Of a stretch of 64,000 bases of DNA, positions 37,049 to 46,668 are shown one piece after another. How positions within the stretch are numbered: the stretch's first letter is position 1; every line of letters starts with the position of its first letter. Position numbers and translations under genes: made by a program. Under the pieces are notes generated by a model that saw only the letters and a program-made list of their open reading frames with translations, did not search any database and had not been told where the DNA came from. The stretch comes from Candidatus Poribacteria bacterium (GTDB lineage Bacteria; Poribacteria; WGA-4E; WGA-3G), in the NCBI GenBank assembly GCA_963665235.2, contig CAXXLX010000001.1:192001-256000 (forward strand), written 5' to 3'.

Positions 37049-37282
37049 TCAGTCAAAACGCGGGGGTTCTCGCATTGGCTCGCGTGGCGGTATCTCAAGT
37101 TCCACGCCCCCGAAAGGTTTGAAAAGTTCGTGGATTACCGTTCCGAGACCCCGCGTAGGCAAGTCGTTTTGCCCCTCCTCATTTTGAAGACAGGAGAGAT
37201 AATCAACAGCTGCTTTGCGCTCTTCAGTAGAGAGTTGTTTGATTAATCGAATTGCGCGCTGTTGCAAGTCAACTTTTTCCAT
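37049..37282 (-). CDS. Small antitoxin-like protein (C-terminal half resembles FitA/StbC-type antitoxins)
   Basis: AGGAG RBS. C-terminal GLGTVIHELFKPFGGVELEIPPREPMREPPRFD. Confidence 0.55.
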   Translation of the reverse strand: MEKVDLQQRAIRLIKQLSTEERKAAVDYLSCLQNEEGQNDLPTRGLGTVIHELFKPFGGVELEIPPREPMREPPRFD

Positions 37283-37428
37283 GATAAATCTCCTAAATCT
37301 TCATGTTTGTCAAACAATTGGAAAACGTCTGCTGCCACAGAAACCTGATCTTGTTCTGTCCAGATTCCGTAGTCATCATCATAGATGATGGTTTCATGAC
37401 GAGCCCGATATAATTCATCTTCCATCAT
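37243..37428 (-). CDS. Small acidic hypothetical protein
   Basis: AGGAG RBS with the same CTAGG/TTAGGAGATTTAT context as the next gene. Co-oriented with its neighbours. Confidence 0.45.
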   Translation of the reverse strand: MMEDELYRARHETIIYDDDYGIWTEQDQVSVAADVFQLFDKHEDLGDLSWKKLTCNSAQFD

Positions 37429-37464
37429 AAATCTCCTAGCTTTCCAGATAGGTGAATACCGAAC

Positions 37465-38319
37465 CTATGCAGCCTGCGGTGGCCGCCGCGGTGCCATGGG
37501 TTGGATAATCCTGCGCTGATCGGGAGTCAGCCGTGCTAATAATTCAGGTGAATGCGGATAGTCGAAACGTTCCCGGACATATCTTGGCGAATAACGGTAG
37601 ACAATTGAGCGGCGATACCCAGGATTCGTCCGTTCGGCGGACCCGTGAGTGATTGCATCGGTGAACATGACGACATCTCCGGCTTTCAGATGTACCTCTT
37701 GTGTTGCGAAGGCAGTTCCAGCAGGTTTTCCGGTAAAACCGTCGTAAACTATCCCCTTTCCATCATGCTTTAAACGGGGGTGGATTTCCGCGGATTTATG
37801 GCTTCCTGGGATGAGTACAGGCGCGCCATCCCCCGGCCCGATGTCGTTGAGTGCCATGAGGACGTTAATTTGTCCGACAAGCCATTCGCCAGTATTAATC
37901 TGGCGGAATGTCAGATAACTCAGCGGGACATGTCCGCCACAGTGGATATGAATGAAACCGCCCGGGCCGCGGACGTTGAGAAAATTCTCGTGGATAGAGA
38001 GGCCGTTCACCTCATGGACATATCTTCGAATCATATTTATCCAGGCGGGGTGGTCAATTAGCTTTTGAAAAACTTCGCCGCCCTCAATGATATTCTGGAA
38101 ATTGACTCCGTTTTCGATATTGTAGGTGTGGGTTTCGATATTCCCAATCCAGCGTGGAATTCGCCTATCTTCGGAATTGGGTTCCCAGGGGTGTTCAACG
38201 TATTCCCAATGGGTATCAATCCATTCGTTGATTTTGGCGAGGTCTTCGGGTTCAATTGCGTTCTCCAAGATGAGGTATCCTTGGAGGTCAAAAAGATAAT
38301 CGAGTTGTTCCTGGTCCAT
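37465..38319 (-). CDS. Phytanoyl-CoA dioxygenase (PhyH) family protein
   Basis: FDLQGYL, ALNDIGPGDG..PGSHKS, GDVVMFTDAITHGS and RRSIVYRY motifs. Confidence 0.88.
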   Translation of the reverse strand: MDQEQLDYLFDLQGYLILENAIEPEDLAKINEWIDTHWEYVEHPWEPNSEDRRIPRWIGNIETHTYNIENGVNFQNIIEGGEVFQKLIDHPAWINMIRRYVHEVNGLSIHENFLNVRGPGGFIHIHCGGHVPLSYLTFRQINTGEWLVGQINVLMALNDIGPGDGAPVLIPGSHKSAEIHPRLKHDGKGIVYDGFTGKPAGTAFATQEVHLKAGDVVMFTDAITHGSAERTNPGYRRSIVYRYSPRYVRERFDYPHSPELLARLTPDQRRIIQPMAPRRPPQAA

Positions 38320-38417
38320 ATTTTATCTCCTAAGGAAGGATAGGACGAAGAAGCACAAGCAACCTCTTCGTTCCATCTTTCCAAACTTCCTGCTTATGGC
38401 GTTTAGCACGGACATTT

Positions 38418-39227
38418 TTACAGGTAGGCATCCAATTCAGCCTCGGTAGGTGTAGATGTTGAGATACCGTCTTCGGGAATGTCTACGCCGGCTGTCCATA
38501 CAATTGCGTTGAGGATTAATTTGCGGAGTCGGTCGTCTCCCCAATTTTTATGGAGATGTCCGCCGGTAAACCCGAACCCGCGTCCGCCATCTTCGCGCTC
38601 TACACACCAAGCGAGATGCTGGGGCTCTCCGTTTGCAACTGATGCTCGGACATGCGGATTGCCGCTGTGCGGACCGTCCGGTCTCGTAAGCGTTGACTCT
38701 GGTGCGATTGCGCTTAACAGTGGGGTTACCCCCTCCATATTCTCCCGAAACCGCATGTGGTAATACCACTCGTCCTCTAATGAAAACGGCTCTAATCCGC
38801 GGGTTATGGGGTGGTCAGGGAAACCGGTGAAGGTTGCTGTCCAGTACGGGTTGACTGAGAGGTGCGTTTCAAAATAGCCGCCAATCCAGTCTAGGAAGCG
38901 GTCTCCGGGTTCTCCTTTTGGGACTTCAACTGCGTAGTGCAGCATGGCAAGCCCAACGCCTGTTTCCATTAAATCAGCGATTTGGTCAAGATGCGGAATA
39001 GCGAGGTGGCCGCCTCCGCCATCTGAATAGACAACGATAGCGTCTGTGTTCTCAAAAACTGCCGCATCTGTGGGCCAGCCGCGAAACACGACCGATTCAA
39101 CAGTGTCCACGGTGTCGTTCAACTGTGCTGCGAGGTAGTTGCATCCAGCGGGGTGTTCGTGAGCTCCGCCGCCGTGGCTTGCATTTCCGGCTACAAAAAC
39201 AATTCGAGATATGTTTGACATGTTCAC
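38418..39227 (-). CDS. ThuA domain-containing protein
   Basis: SHGGGAHEH, YSDGGGGH, LHYAVE, DEWYY and GFTGGH motifs. Confidence 0.88.
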   Translation of the reverse strand: MNMSNISRIVFVAGNASHGGGAHEHPAGCNYLAAQLNDTVDTVESVVFRGWPTDAAVFENTDAIVVYSDGGGGHLAIPHLDQIADLMETGVGLAMLHYAVEVPKGEPGDRFLDWIGGYFETHLSVNPYWTATFTGFPDHPITRGLEPFSLEDEWYYHMRFRENMEGVTPLLSAIAPESTLTRPDGPHSGNPHVRASVANGEPQHLAWCVEREDGGRGFGFTGGHLHKNWGDDRLRKLILNAIVWTAGVDIPEDGISTSTPTEAELDAYL

Positions 39228-39467
39228 TCCTTAATTTGGCAATTAGCAATTGGCGATTGGCGATTGGCAAATAGCAAGAGAAAGAAAAGAGAAGAGCCTC
39301 TTATATTTCTGGTTTCCATAAGCCATAAGCCATAGGTTTCCAACGGTTTCCAAATAAGAGGGCGACCTAGCGGGCGAGGAGACCTCGCCTAGAGGAGCGG
39401 GGAACTGTTTGCCCGAATACTGATGGCCCTGCTAAATTTACGTAAGTCCTATCTTAGGTGAGATTTA

Positions 39468-40055
39468 TCAATTTTCAATGTCGGGACGGTCAATATGCCT
39501 GTCAACGTCATGAGCGTCGTAAACATCAAAAACTGCTTCGCAAAATGCAATTATCTTTTCGTCTCCGATTTTCAATGCGTTTTGATACATTCTGATGAAA
39601 TATCTTTTGCCCGCTTCCGTTTGTGAATAGTTACGCTTGCGCAAGTTATGCTCGTAGCAAAGAGTTTGCCCATTATCGATTGTATTGGTACCGCCCTTAT
39701 CTTTCGGTTTAATATGGTCAGCGGCAATCTCAACGCCTTCTTTAAGGCCACGCCCACAGACGACACAACGATAGTCGTCGCGTTCAAAAATAGTTTCTCT
39801 GGCCCGTGGAGAAAACTCAAATAGGACAACTTCGTGGACATAGCTTGGGTCGTACTTGTAAACGCCTTTCTTGACCTTGATTAGTCTTCCCTCTTGATGG
39901 AGTTTCCTGATGGTTCTCCACGGATCGCGCGGTGGTTGGCCATGTTCCTGCTGGTATTGTTCTGTTACCCAATCAACTACGGGCCCGTGAGGGAGGTCTT
40001 CGTTCGGATGATTCCTAAAATATGTCAGGACAAGTTCACGAATTGTCTTTGCCAT
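39468..40055 (-). CDS. HNH endonuclease with N-terminal winged-helix-like region
   Basis: RDDYRCVVCG...DHIKPKDKGG...NGQTLCYEHN. Overlaps the MTase stop codon. Confidence 0.88.
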   Translation of the reverse strand: MAKTIRELVLTYFRNHPNEDLPHGPVVDWVTEQYQQEHGQPPRDPWRTIRKLHQEGRLIKVKKGVYKYDPSYVHEVVLFEFSPRARETIFERDDYRCVVCGRGLKEGVEIAADHIKPKDKGGTNTIDNGQTLCYEHNLRKRNYSQTEAGKRYFIRMYQNALKIGDEKIIAFCEAVFDVYDAHDVDRHIDRPDIEN

Positions 40056-40839
40056 CGCCCCTATCCTCTGCTTCAAATAGACCGAGCTGCTCTGCTTCTC
40101 GACAGATCCGTTCTTTGGCAAGTTTACAATACCCCGCATCAACCTCAATTCCGATGCCATGGCGTTTGTTTAAGTGTGCAGCGACTAAAGTGGTCCCACT
40201 GCCCATAAACGGGTCGAGGACTGTGTCACCTACGTAACTGAAAAGTTTGATGCATCGTCGCGGCAGCTCAATCGGAAATGGGGCGGGATGCCCAATCCGT
40301 TTCTTGCTTTCACCGGGGAAGGTCCAGAGGCCGTTTGTCCACTCCATGAACTCCTCTTTGTTCATGTCCGATTCACCGCTACCCCCTGTTTTTTTCCACT
40401 GTTCCTTGTAGAGAATTACGATGAGTTCCACGGGCGCGATGACATAAGGTGCAGATGCCTTCAACCACGAACCCCAGGCGGTCCTTCTTGAGATGTTGCC
40501 TTCATTCCAGACAATTGTTGAATGGTATTGAAAACCTATTTCGGTTGCTAATTTCGTCAGGTCAGCACCGACGTGTTGCTGTCCGCCCTTGTTTTTGTCG
40601 AGCGGGATATTAAGGCAGAAACGTCCATCTCGTTTCAACCACTCAAGACATCGAGAAAACCACTCTTCGGAGAAAGTGAGATAGTCGGGGTAGGAGAGTG
40701 CATCGTCATTAGAGTTATATTCTATATTAACGTTGTAAGGTGGCGATGTGACGATAAGGTCGATGCTATCTTTTTCAATGGCGTGCGTCGTCAGGACATT
40801 TTCGTTGATTATCGTAAATCGCTCGTCGCTAAAATACAC
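40036..40839 (-). CDS. Site-specific DNA methyltransferase, beta class (likely N4-cytosine)
   Basis: TSPPY precedes HPAPFP and DPFMGSGT. Confidence 0.93.
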   Translation of the reverse strand: MYFSDERFTIINENVLTTHAIEKDSIDLIVTSPPYNVNIEYNSNDDALSYPDYLTFSEEWFSRCLEWLKRDGRFCLNIPLDKNKGGQQHVGADLTKLATEIGFQYHSTIVWNEGNISRRTAWGSWLKASAPYVIAPVELIVILYKEQWKKTGGSGESDMNKEEFMEWTNGLWTFPGESKKRIGHPAPFPIELPRRCIKLFSYVGDTVLDPFMGSGTTLVAAHLNKRHGIGIEVDAGYCKLAKERICREAEQLGLFEAEDRGDGKDNS

Positions 40840-41048
40840 GTTTGTCTCCTATACGTGGGCAGTTGTTATCGTAAAATTTACTAAGATGAGGATATCAACA
40901 TTCAGTATATCATTAAAAATTTGTGAAGTCAATGAAAAATGAATCGGGTCAACGATACACATTTCAAATCGGGCGGGGAAACCCAGCCCCTACACACCGC
41001 AATTCATAACGAAACAGAAGATAGCATGGTGATGTATTGGGGCAGGGA

Positions 41049-41864
41049 TTACTGGCTCTGTTTTACGGCTTGTGTAAGGTCGTCAATGAAATGCTCAAAG
41101 AGTTTGACTTTGCTAAGTTTAATATCCCACGTTGTTAGGATATAAGCATCATCCAGGTCTACCACTGGAATGACTCGTTGTTGCACGGTAAGAGGTGATT
41201 TTGTCAAGTCTTCGTCTGTGTCAAATACTATCAGATAAACTTTGATGTGTTTTGTTATTTTTCTTTCTAGAAGTTTAAGTTTCCAATAACCTGTCTGGGC
41301 AACCCCTTCTCTCAAAGAGGTTTCATAAGAGACCGCAGCAAGGACTCGGGAATCTTTAGGATTGTAAATAATTATATCAGCATCTGGTAAGTGCATGCCA
41401 TATTCACCAAAATCAATAACCCCGTTTCGCTTTACGGCCTTTAATTCAGGGGTCAGTCCAACAATTAGGTCCCTGGTCTCGACCACCTTTAATCTGAGGG
41501 AGGCCATTTGTGTAGTAATTAAATTCAAAACTCTTTCTCGAAAAGTGTTTCCCTCGGAAGTACACCAGTTCTTCCCTAGTTCTCCTATCAAAAAAGTATC
41601 AAAACTTTCGCAGACTATAGCATCTGGAAGACCACCAGATAAAACGGATTTTCCATAGTGCTGAATGAGATTATCCGTGATAGCACTCCTGTTATTCACA
41701 TTTCTGAAATCAACGACATTTCTTTCAATCAGTATATCTACCAGTGTGTCGTTATAACCCATTTCATGGAGGACCTCCGTAAGGGTGTTTTTCATTCTGT
41801 CGAGGTTAATTCGCAAACCCCGCGCTGTCGGTACTGCTTTAATAAATTCGGTATTATTCTCCAC
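41049..41864 (-). CDS. BsaWI-family type II restriction endonuclease-like protein, apparently degenerate
   Basis: IDFGEYGMHLPDADIIIYNP...SLRE..AQTGYWKLKL...TKHIKVY. Adjacent to the MTase. Confidence 0.65.
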   Translation of the reverse strand: MENNTEFIKAVPTARGLRINLDRMKNTLTEVLHEMGYNDTLVDILIERNVVDFRNVNNRSAITDNLIQHYGKSVLSGGLPDAIVCESFDTFLIGELGKNWCTSEGNTFRERVLNLITTQMASLRLKVVETRDLIVGLTPELKAVKRNGVIDFGEYGMHLPDADIIIYNPKDSRVLAAVSYETSLREGVAQTGYWKLKLLERKITKHIKVYLIVFDTDEDLTKSPLTVQQRVIPVVDLDDAYILTTWDIKLSKVKLFEHFIDDLTQAVKQSQ

Positions 41865-42235
41865 TGTTTAAGTTCCTCCATTATGTTATATAATTTGTAG
41901 CGATTAATACAGTTTACCATAGTGATTTGAAAAATGTCAAGTAAAAAATTTGGGTGTGTAAAGTTTTTGTACTATGATAGAGGGAAGGATGGAAGGATGG
42001 AAGAGTGGAAGGATGGAAGGATGGAAGGATGGAAGGTGGAAGAGTGGATTTCGCGTGTGTTGTCTGAATGCACGTCGCATTTGGGCGAGTACGCCGCAAA
42101 TCGCGGAAGGCGCGGAGAACGCGGAGAACGCGGAAAAAGAGGGTTTTTGATAACATCCCCACATTTTGTGAAAACATCAAAACATCACGTGTGCAGCAGG
42201 CTCCTACAGAAAAGAAATTCATCGCATGCTACGGC

Positions 42236-42817
42236 TTAAGCCAATAATTTGATGATGAGATGCATCACGGCACCAGAGATGAGCGGGACTGTCAGGTTGT
42301 CGTCAATCCGAAGAGGGAGGAGCTCAACGACGGTGGCGACTAACGCCCCGGTAATGCTGATAATTGGGTCGAACTCGCGGAAGGCAATTGCGGTTGCGGC
42401 GCAGACGATAAAACAGGCTGCGCTTCCCTCCAGACTTTTGTTGCCGATAAGTTTGGTACGTCCCCACATTTTGCCGATTAAGGCGGCAGCCATGTCGCCT
42501 AACACCATGAAAAAGAGACAGACGACGGCGAGCGTTTTATCAAAAAAGAGGATGGATAACAGTGTGCTGATAAGATAGTAGGTTGCTCCGGTAATCGCGC
42601 CTTTCCGTTCATGTTGCCGCAGGAACGGGGTGAACAACCGAGAAAAGAATGTCCTGAAACGCACAGATAACTCTTTTGCTAACTCAATGACGAGGGCAAT
42701 GCCTGTGAGAATGCCGACGATAAGCAGCATGGTAGGTCTATCGGTAAACAGATAATAAACGAGCGGTAGGATTAACCCTGAGAAATGAATGCTTTTCCGC
42801 CGTAATTCCTCAATCAT
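42236..42817 (-). CDS. SEC59/DGK1/VTE5 family (phytol/dolichol kinase-like) membrane protein
   Basis: RKSIH, GDMAAALIG, KSLEGS and DDNLTVP motifs. Confidence 0.88.
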   Translation of the reverse strand: MIEELRRKSIHFSGLILPLVYYLFTDRPTMLLIVGILTGIALVIELAKELSVRFRTFFSRLFTPFLRQHERKGAITGATYYLISTLLSILFFDKTLAVVCLFFMVLGDMAAALIGKMWGRTKLIGNKSLEGSAACFIVCAATAIAFREFDPIISITGALVATVVELLPLRIDDNLTVPLISGAVMHLIIKLLA

Positions 42818-43054
42818 GAATTATCTCCCTTTTTGCATGCTGCGTGTTTATTTTGTTGTGAGGTGTAGTGGGTGCGATTTTTAACTGTGTTCTCTTAATT
42901 ATTGCAGATTTTCGGTGTTAAATGCAAGAAAAAAATCATTTTTGTTTTTTTGCCAAAAAAATTACACATTTTTGTTTCATTCCGGAATTATAATTTTGGA
43001 CACCATTGGAATTGTTTTGAGAATAAATAGGTTATTTCATACTAAAAGTTTTGG

Positions 43055-43359
43055 CTAATACCAAATTTATTTGGTTCATCGTCTTCACATACCGCCATAG
43101 GTTCCAATATGCTATAAAGATATCGTCCTTGAGGAGCGGGAAACCGTTTGCCCGAATACTGGGACTAGCTTGTGGGGGCGTTGGGGGCTGCTATAAAGAT
43201 ATCGTCCTTGAGGAGCGGGAAACTGTTTGCCCGAATACTGGGACTAGCTTGTGGGGGCGTTGGGGGCTGCTATAAAGATATCGTCCTTAAGAGCAGGCTG
43301 CTTGCCTGAATACTGGGACTAATACCAAATTTATTTGGTTCATCGTCTTCACATACCGC
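43055..43359. repeat. 79-bp tandem REP-like repeat (~2.6 copies) bracketed by 41-bp direct repeats
   Basis: GCTATAAAGATATCGTCCTT at 43111, 43190 and 43269. CTAATACCAAATTT...CATACCGC at 43055 and 43319. Confidence 0.85.
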
Positions 43360-43620
43360 TCCGCTGGAGCGGCAGAGTGGAACAAGACGAATTGTGTTAA
43401 TTTGGTATAACTTAACGCGAGTTTGAAAAAAAGTTTTGACCTAGAGCGTTCTCTGGTAGTTTTAGCAAAAAACGGCACAAACTAGGAAGTTTATGCTACA
43501 ATTATTCCGCTTTTTTCGTGATGAAAAAGGTTTAGAGCAAACGGATATTTATTATCAAGCTCACGTTAACTTAATAACAAATTCGCCTGTAGCAACGGCT
43601 GCAGGCGGAGTGGAGTTTTC

Positions 43621-46485
43621 ATGATTCAAAATTTTTGTATCGGTGTGCTGGTTTTAGTCCTCGGTATAGGGCTGGTTTTCGGGGGCGAGGCTGCCGACCT
43701 AGAAGCACAACAGACCGTAAAAATCACAGGTGTTGTCGTAGACAGTGATACAGATTCACCGCTAACAGATGTGACGATAAGTGTGCTGGACACACAGATT
43801 AAAGCCACGACGGATGAAACGGGGGCATTTTCTTTGGAATTGCCGGTGGGCATCTATACCCTTCGGGTGAACGCGCCGTTTTACAATGCTTATCTGCTTT
43901 CCGATTTTGAAGTCGGTGCCGGTGCGACACCGGAACCGTTACGCGTGTCGCTTGAGGCACAAGTTGTCAAGTTAGATGCCATTAAGATGAAAGTTCGGTT
44001 GAGCCAATCCGGTGAACGCGGTCTCCTTGAAAAACGGATGCGGGGCTCTCGAATTGAGGATAGCATTAGCACAGAAGAGATTGGACGGTTGCCCGACTCT
44101 TCGGCAGCGCAGGCAATTAAACGGATAACAGGGGTGAGTATTGTAGGCGGTAAATATGTGTTCGTTCGGGGTTTAGGGGAACGTTATAGCAATACACTGC
44201 TCAATAACGTTGAGATTCCGAGTCCGGAGCCGAATCGTCGGGTGGTTCCGATGGATATCTTTCCTGCTGGCTTGCTTGCAAGCCTCCAAACGGTGAAGAC
44301 CTTTTCACCCGATCAACCGGGTGGCTTCGCCGGTGGTTCGGTTCAGGTATTCACAAAAGATTTTCCGGAAACGTTGATGATGTCCATTTCTCTATCCACC
44401 GGTTTTAACACACAGGCGACAGGTACGGATGGTTTAACATACCCCGGCGGTGATTTAGATTTTTTAGGATTTGACGACGGTTCACGTAATCTTCCAGAAA
44501 TTATTGAAGAAAGTGCTGCGGATATACCTGTGCGGGAACGTGGTCGTTTTACTGCTGCCAATGCCGGGTTTACCGGTGAAGAGATTCAGACGTTTGGTCG
44601 CGCTTTCTCTAACGTTTGGTCTCCTGAACGGCAGGCAGTTCCTGCGAATCAGGGGTATAAATTCAGTATCGGGAACAGCAGTACACTCTTCGGCAAGCAA
44701 TTCGGTTATCTCGGGGTTATCTCCTACGGGAACAGCCATAGCTATAACACACAGGTACGCCGCGATTTCCGTATCGGCTTAAACGACACGCTTTCGCCTG
44801 TGACCGATTATACTGTTGAACAGAGTGGTCATGAGGTAGACTGGGGGAGTGTCGTGAATGCAAGTCTACGGTTTTCGCCTGAGCATCTCCTGAGTATACG
44901 GACCCTTACGACACATACCGCAGAAGATCAGACTCGGACCTGGCAAGGTTTTAATGCGGATAGAAATACGGATATGCGCAGTGCGCGTCTGCAATTTGTT
45001 GAACGTCAACTTTTCTCTGGACAGGTGGCAGGGACACACGGTTTCAATTTCGGAGAACCGGAACTTCTAAACGGGACTGCGGCGGAAAATCCTGAGACCG
45101 CGGAAGAAGTTGCTGCGCCGCCGGACCTTTCGCTGGAATGGCGTGCCACCTATTCTCGTGCGTCACAGGACGAACCGGATACGCGGGAGACTATTTACGA
45201 AGATAGAGGTGATGGCACATACACCTTCCGAGATAGCACAAAGAGTGGAAGTCGATTCTTTTTTGATTTGGAAGACGATGAGTATAATGCGCGCGTTGAC
45301 TTGAAAGTCCCGTTCCGCCGGGAGGGTTTTTTCAAATTCGGTGGGCTTCTGCGAGATAGAGCACGTTCGTTTGATGTTCGGAAATTCCGGTTTTTACCGT
45401 CAGACAACGTAGATGGCACCGTCGAGCTGTCGTCACCGCCGGAGCTGCTTTTTCAAGCGGAGAATATTGCCCCGCGTATCTTCGAACTTCGCGAAGCGAC
45501 ACGCCGCTCCGATAACTACATCGCCGCTCAGAATGTTTACTCCGGTTATCTGATGCTTGATATTCCGCTGAGTAGCAAATGGCAGTTGATGACAGGGTTG
45601 CGGTTGGAATCATCGAATCAGGTGCTGACAGCGTTCGATCCGTTCTCTTCTTCATCAGAGGAGGCGGACTTGAAAACGTTGGATGTGCTGCCTGGGATCA
45701 ATCTGATGTATCGACTAACGGAACGGATGAATTTGCGGCTTGCTGTCTCACGGACTGTCACACGTCCCGATTTTCGAGAGCTTGCTCCGTTTGAGTTTAC
45801 CGATTTTGTGGGTGGGAGAACGATACTCGGAAATACGGAGCTGGAGCGGACGTTGATTGATAATTACGATTTCCGTTGGGAAGTTTTTCCAGAGACGAGC
45901 GGGGGGGGTGTTATCGCAGTCAGTGCTTTTTATAAGCGGTTTCAAAAACCGATTGAACAGATTATACAACCGCAGGCTGAGGTTCGGATTACTTACGAAA
46001 ACGCGGATGGCGCGAACAATTACGGTGTGGAACTTGAGGCACGTCAGAATTTAAGCGTTCTGTCTCCAAAATTACGTGCTTTTTCAATTAACACAAACGC
46101 GGCATTTATTACCTCAAGAGTCGTGCTTCCCGATGTGGGCATTCAGACCTCCGCCGAGCGGCCCTTACAAGGTCAATGTCCATATATTATCAATTTCTCG
46201 GTGGGATATGAATCCACCAACTGGGGCATCTCAAGTTCGGTTGCATATAATATTTATGGGCGTAGACTTTCGGATGTCGGCAACCACGGTGCGCCAGATG
46301 TTTATGAACAACCGCGCGGACAACTGGACTTAAGCTTTAGCCGGACAGTGGCGGATGCGTACAAGCTTAGCTTCTCAGCTAAAAATTTGCTTGACCCGGC
46401 GGTTCAGTTCAAACAGGGACAGGCAACTTTAGTGAGTTACAAAAGCGGACGGTCTTTCTCGTTTGGGATAAGCTATAACCTATAG
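43621..46485 (+). CDS. TonB-dependent receptor with N-terminal carboxypeptidase-regulatory-like domain
   Basis: Plug motif FVRGLGERYS, RPDFRELAPF and KNLLD. Terminal beta strand FSFGISYNL. Confidence 0.93.
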   Translation: MIQNFCIGVLVLVLGIGLVFGGEAADLEAQQTVKITGVVVDSDTDSPLTDVTISVLDTQIKATTDETGAFSLELPVGIYTLRVNAPFYNAYLLSDFEVGAGATPEPLRVSLEAQVVKLDAIKMKVRLSQSGERGLLEKRMRGSRIEDSISTEEIGRLPDSSAAQAIKRITGVSIVGGKYVFVRGLGERYSNTLLNNVEIPSPEPNRRVVPMDIFPAGLLASLQTVKTFSPDQPGGFAGGSVQVFTKDFPETLMMSISLSTGFNTQATGTDGLTYPGGDLDFLGFDDGSRNLPEIIEESAADIPVRERGRFTAANAGFTGEEIQTFGRAFSNVWSPERQAVPANQGYKFSIGNSSTLFGKQFGYLGVISYGNSHSYNTQVRRDFRIGLNDTLSPVTDYTVEQSGHEVDWGSVVNASLRFSPEHLLSIRTLTTHTAEDQTRTWQGFNADRNTDMRSARLQFVERQLFSGQVAGTHGFNFGEPELLNGTAAENPETAEEVAAPPDLSLEWRATYSRASQDEPDTRETIYEDRGDGTYTFRDSTKSGSRFFFDLEDDEYNARVDLKVPFRREGFFKFGGLLRDRARSFDVRKFRFLPSDNVDGTVELSSPPELLFQAENIAPRIFELREATRRSDNYIAAQNVYSGYLMLDIPLSSKWQLMTGLRLESSNQVLTAFDPFSSSSEEADLKTLDVLPGINLMYRLTERMNLRLAVSRTVTRPDFRELAPFEFTDFVGGRTILGNTELERTLIDNYDFRWEVFPETSGGGVIAVSAFYKRFQKPIEQIIQPQAEVRITYENADGANNYGVELEARQNLSVLSPKLRAFSINTNAAFITSRVVLPDVGIQTSAERPLQGQCPYIINFSVGYESTNWGISSSVAYNIYGRRLSDVGNHGAPDVYEQPRGQLDLSFSRTVADAYKLSFSAKNLLDPAVQFKQGQATLVSYKSGRSFSFGISYNL

Positions 46486-46668
46486 AAGCAATTTTGCAAT
46501 AAAAAGTAATAATATCGTTAGGATTTTGCAACATTTCTTGGGTAATCTTAAAGGGAGTAGACATACCAAGTATGTCGTTATCAATGGATTGTGATTGAAA
46601 AGGTAATACCCTATCCGTTAAGACCGGGTGGGAACTTAAAAAAACAGAAAAGGAGCTTAGTAAAGCAA

